Source: an uncultured Candidatus Entotheonella sp. (GTDB taxonomy: Bacteria; Tectomicrobia; Entotheonellia; Entotheonellales; Entotheonellaceae). Taken from it: a DNA stretch of 64,000 nt. Shown in pieces: positions 60,906 to 64,000 of this stretch (position 1 is its first letter; the number at the start of each line of letters is the position of its first letter). A program made the position numbers and the translations under genes. The notes beneath the pieces are model-generated. The model did no database searches, was not told the DNA's origin, and saw nothing but the letters and a program-made list of their open reading frames with translations. The stretch lies in assembly GCA_965217185.1 (NCBI GenBank), contig OZ244252.1:1152001-1216000 (forward strand), in the 5' to 3' direction.

Positions 60906-61394
60906 ATGATTTGGCGTGAGGCGATAACGCGACGAGGCTTATTGGGCAAACTGACCGCCCTTTCCACACTGTTGCTCTTCCGGCGCCGTGCGCAGGGAGA
61001 GCCCGAATTCGATATCGCCCCTGAGCCCCCCCCGGTCTACACTTTGGAAGAACGCTTGACACCAATCTTGGCCGGTAGAACGCCCAAGCACGAGCGGGTA
61101 ACGTTGACCCTGCCTCCCCATGCTGAGGACGGGGGCACGGTACCGATGCAACTGGACGTGGAAAGCCCGATGACAGACGGAGACCATGTCCAAAATTTAT
61201 ACGTGATCGCTGATCAGAATCCTGACCCGTTGGTTTTCTCGGCGAGCCTTCATCCTGGAGGCGGGCAAGTGCGGTGGAAATTGAACATTCGGTTGGCCGA
61301 TAACTCCCGGGTTCGAGCGATCGCGGAAATGAATAACGGCGACCTGTTTGTACAAGAAGTCGAGGTCGAAGTACTTGTCGGTGGTTGTGGGTGA
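60906..61394 (+). CDS. soxY: Sulfur carrier protein SoxY
   Basis: Tat TRRGLL; AEDGGTVP, NPDP, C-terminal VGGCG. Confidence 0.92.
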   Translation: MIWREAITRRGLLGKLTALSTLLLFRRRAQGEPEFDIAPEPPPVYTLEERLTPILAGRTPKHERVTLTLPPHAEDGGTVPMQLDVESPMTDGDHVQNLYVIADQNPDPLVFSASLHPGGGQVRWKLNIRLADNSRVRAIAEMNNGDLFVQEVEVEVLVGGCG

Positions 61395-61434
61395 TTGGAT
61401 CGGCAACCGACCAAAGAAGGATTCGTGAGCGCTT

Positions 61435-61764
61435 ATGTTAAAGATAGGTAGACGCGCGGTTCGCTTGCCTCGTCATGAATACGGCAAGGATGACGTGATT
61501 GAGGTCAAGACTCGTATCATTCATCCGAATCATAATGGTCGGCACAAGTACGAGGATAAAGGTTATATTGCCCGGCACTTCATAAATCTAATCGAAGTCT
61601 ACTATGGCGACCAACGCATTATCTCTGTGGATGCCTCCGCCGGCTTAAGCCAGAATCCCTATTTCACGTTTGCCCTGAAGACCACCCATTCGGCTTCGTT
61701 GCGGGTGGTTTGGAAAGATACTCGCGGAGAGGAATACACCGAAACCGTGGATATCCACGTTTAG
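61435..61764 (+). CDS. soxZ: Sulfur carrier protein SoxZ
   Basis: VK..I.HP...G, HFI, SQNP, W.D..G. Confidence 0.88.
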   Translation: MLKIGRRAVRLPRHEYGKDDVIEVKTRIIHPNHNGRHKYEDKGYIARHFINLIEVYYGDQRIISVDASAGLSQNPYFTFALKTTHSASLRVVWKDTRGEEYTETVDIHV

Positions 61765-61836
61765 TTTCCCTCGGGTATTGGCGGCTTTTCAGGTTTGTCG
61801 GTGTCTGTCGCGCGGATACATTTCGTAGAGGGTGGC

Positions 61837-62541
61837 ATGCAGAGACGGCGCTTCATTGGATTAGCCACAGGGATCTTCGCTTTGGGAACCGCCCCCTTCA
61901 TGAGTGATGGCAGCGAGGCGGCAACGCCGAAGCGTTATCAACGTGTCAGACTGGTTGATGCCCAAGGGAATGGAATCAAGGCAGTTGCCTTGCAGGAGGA
62001 TGAAAATTACCTGTTCTTTTATCCCTACATGGGTACGCCGTGCTTTCTGTTAAACCTTGGTGCGGGGCATGACCGTTTGCGTATGGCATCGGCCTGTGAT
62101 ACTCCATGCGGATGGCCAGGGGGAGTGGGTCTTGAGCGGTCTATTGTTGCCTATGCGGCAATCTGCACGCATCAGGTGACACGCCCCTCTCCGAGAAAGA
62201 GCTTTATCAATTACAATCCTAAGAGTGATAAATCCGGCGAAGCATCAGGTCGGATCACGTGTTGCCTGCACGGGAGCATTTTCGATCCGGCACAAGGCGG
62301 AAAAGTAGTGGGTGGCCCGGCTCCCCAACCTTTGACGGCCATAGAACTCGACTATGACGAAGAGACGGACGGACTCCATGCCGTCGGCACCCATGGTGGG
62401 GAAGTTTTCAAGGCTTATTTCAAAGCCTATCGTAAGGAATTGAGGCAGGAATTTGGCCCTGCTCTGGCTCGGCAGGAAAGCTCCGGCGAGGCCGTTGTGA
62501 TGCGCCTGTCGGACTATACGAAACGCCAGTTTTTTTGTTGA
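61837..62541 (+). CDS. Tat-exported Rieske [2Fe-2S] protein
   Basis: QRRRFI; AICTH...CCLHGSIFDP, GGPAPQPL. Confidence 0.88.
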   Translation: MQRRRFIGLATGIFALGTAPFMSDGSEAATPKRYQRVRLVDAQGNGIKAVALQEDENYLFFYPYMGTPCFLLNLGAGHDRLRMASACDTPCGWPGGVGLERSIVAYAAICTHQVTRPSPRKSFINYNPKSDKSGEASGRITCCLHGSIFDPAQGGKVVGGPAPQPLTAIELDYDEETDGLHAVGTHGGEVFKAYFKAYRKELRQEFGPALARQESSGEAVVMRLSDYTKRQFFC

Positions 62542-62585
62542 GCGGCGCCACTTTCAACGAGGAAGATTCACAGAGGAAGGTGGGA

Positions 62586-64000
62586 ATGAGAGAGAACATT
62601 TCACGACGCGATTTCTTGCGGCGGTCGAAGGGCGCGGTTGCTGGTGTGGCTGCGGCCGGCATGCTTGGCGGGTCGGGACAAATCAGCCAGGGAGCGGAGT
62701 CCTATCGTGGCACCCCGTCTCAGGACACGACGTATCATGGGGCCCAGAAGGGGCCGCCCCCGCGCCCGGCCGCGTTTGTTATTCACAAAAAAGCAGAATT
62801 GGCCGCCCCGAAAGGGCCGCGCGCGGTGGTTGTGGGTGGCGGCTGGGGTGGGCTTACCATGGCCAAGCATCTCAAATTGCAAAGCCCGGAAATGGATGTC
62901 GTGCTTGTTGAAACCAATTCCGTCTTCATTTCTTGCCCAATTAGCAATTTGTGGTTGGCAGGGCTGGTCGATCAAGGATTTATTACCCACAGCTTCCTCG
63001 ATGCGGCAACGAACAACAACTACACCTTCTTCAACGCGACCGTTATGGATGCAGACCGGGAGAAGCGCCGCGTCTACACGGACAAGGGTTATATTGATTA
63101 CGATTACCTCGTTCTCGCTCCAGGCATTGACTATGACTACGATGCCATTGGTGTGCACGACATTGAGCAGCAGCAGGCCGTGATGTCGCATTTTCCAGCG
63201 GCGTTCAAACCCGGTTCCGAGCATTTGACCCTGAAGGCCAAGATCGACAACTTCGAAGGCGGTTTGTTTGCGCTGACGGTGCCCAGCGGCAATTACCGTT
63301 GCTTGCCCGCTCCGTATGAGCGCGCCTGCATGATTGCTTCAGTCTTCAAGAAAAACAAGATCAAGGGGAAGGTGCTTCTTCTGGACCATAACCCGACGAT
63401 CAAGATCAAGCGGGAAGGCTTTGAAGCAGCCTTCCACGAGCTCTATAAGGACTACCTGGAATATTATCCTTCCGTAAGCATCGTCGGCGTGGATGTCGAG
63501 AAGAAGACCATCATGGGTGAATTCGACGACTATACCTTCGACGACGCCGCCATTTATCCGCGCATCCGGGGCGCCAAGCTGATCGAGAACTTGGGCTTGG
63601 TGAACAAGTACAGCCCGCAGAAAGAGGCCTGGATTGACCAGTTCCACAGCAACGTGGTCGGTGATGAGCGCGTATATGTTATCGGAGATTCGCGTCCGAC
63701 CGGTTTCTCCAAGAGCGGCAGCACGGCCCAAGAAGAGGCGAAATTCGTCGCCAGAGTTATTGCCGGAAGGATGAAAGGTCAAGAGATCAAGTGGGAGACG
63801 CCCTACACCAGTTGTTTCTCGATGGTGAACTCCGACCCCATGGAAGCCATTTATCTTGGTTTCAAATATCTCTCCCCGCAAGCCGGCATCACACCCATGG
63901 CGATGGAACGGGTCGTTGCCTTTTGGACCCATACGGGGGCAGCTTTTGCGTGGCGCGACCGGAAAATGGAACGCAGCGAGGAGATGGGAGAAGCCATGCT
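62586..64000 (+). CDS. fccB: Flavocytochrome c sulfide dehydrogenase flavoprotein (FccB/SoxF), 3' truncated by the window; missing from the ORF track
   Basis: Hand translation: MRENISRRDFL (Tat), VVVGGGWGGLT, SCPISN, YRCLPAPYERA, IGDS, SKSG. Confidence 0.9.
   Translation, partial: MRENISRRDFLRRSKGAVAGVAAAGMLGGSGQISQGAESYRGTPSQDTTYHGAQKGPPPRPAAFVIHKKAELAAPKGPRAVVVGGGWGGLTMAKHLKLQSPEMDVVLVETNSVFISCPISNLWLAGLVDQGFITHSFLDAATNNNYTFFNATVMDADREKRRVYTDKGYIDYDYLVLAPGIDYDYDAIGVHDIEQQQAVMSHFPAAFKPGSEHLTLKAKIDNFEGGLFALTVPSGNYRCLPAPYERACMIASVFKKNKIKGKVLLLDHNPTIKIKREGFEAAFHELYKDYLEYYPSVSIVGVDVEKKTIMGEFDDYTFDDAAIYPRIRGAKLIENLGLVNKYSPQKEAWIDQFHSNVVGDERVYVIGDSRPTGFSKSGSTAQEEAKFVARVIAGRMKGQEIKWETPYTSCFSMVNSDPMEAIYLGFKYLSPQAGITPMAMERVVAFWTHTGAAFAWRDRKMERSEEMGEAM

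Noticed and set aside
62601..63932. ORF-track calls at 62601-63932
   Set aside because: They are shadows of the unlisted fccB reading frame that starts at 62586.

Overview
A high-GC bacterial chromosomal segment. Most of it is catabolic and transport genes: LLM oxidoreductases, acyl-CoA dehydrogenases, TRAP and ABC transporters, modABC and hpaB. It ends in a periplasmic sulfur-oxidation/electron-transfer cluster (two tetraheme cytochromes, an Fe-S/NrfD pair, SoxYZ, a Rieske protein and FccB/SoxF, which runs off the window). The main finding is an ~11 kb accessory island (~12.7-24.0 kb) between the convergent halves of a TRAP transporter. Its cargo genes are separated by a same-orientation array of six 28-29 bp dif/Xer-like sites (11-6-11 architecture, ...ACATAW-N6-TTATCGGAA...). 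The cargo is a lipoprotein, a membrane protein, an MmeI-like type IIL R-M enzyme with a partner gene, and a GNAT/DUF1778 toxin-antitoxin pair. No integrase is encoded in the window, which suggests a gene-cassette array driven by the host XerCD. The island also holds an intact IS701-family element and a 747-nt ORF-less group II intron with perfect EBS/IBS pairings. Other oddities are an NhaD antiporter with an inserted PAS domain, a TPS-TPP fusion with a degenerate phosphatase, a USP with an IF1-like N-terminal helix, an EndoQ-UvrD fusion and a frameshifted restriction endonuclease. All calls come from motif recognition by eye; no database searches were run.
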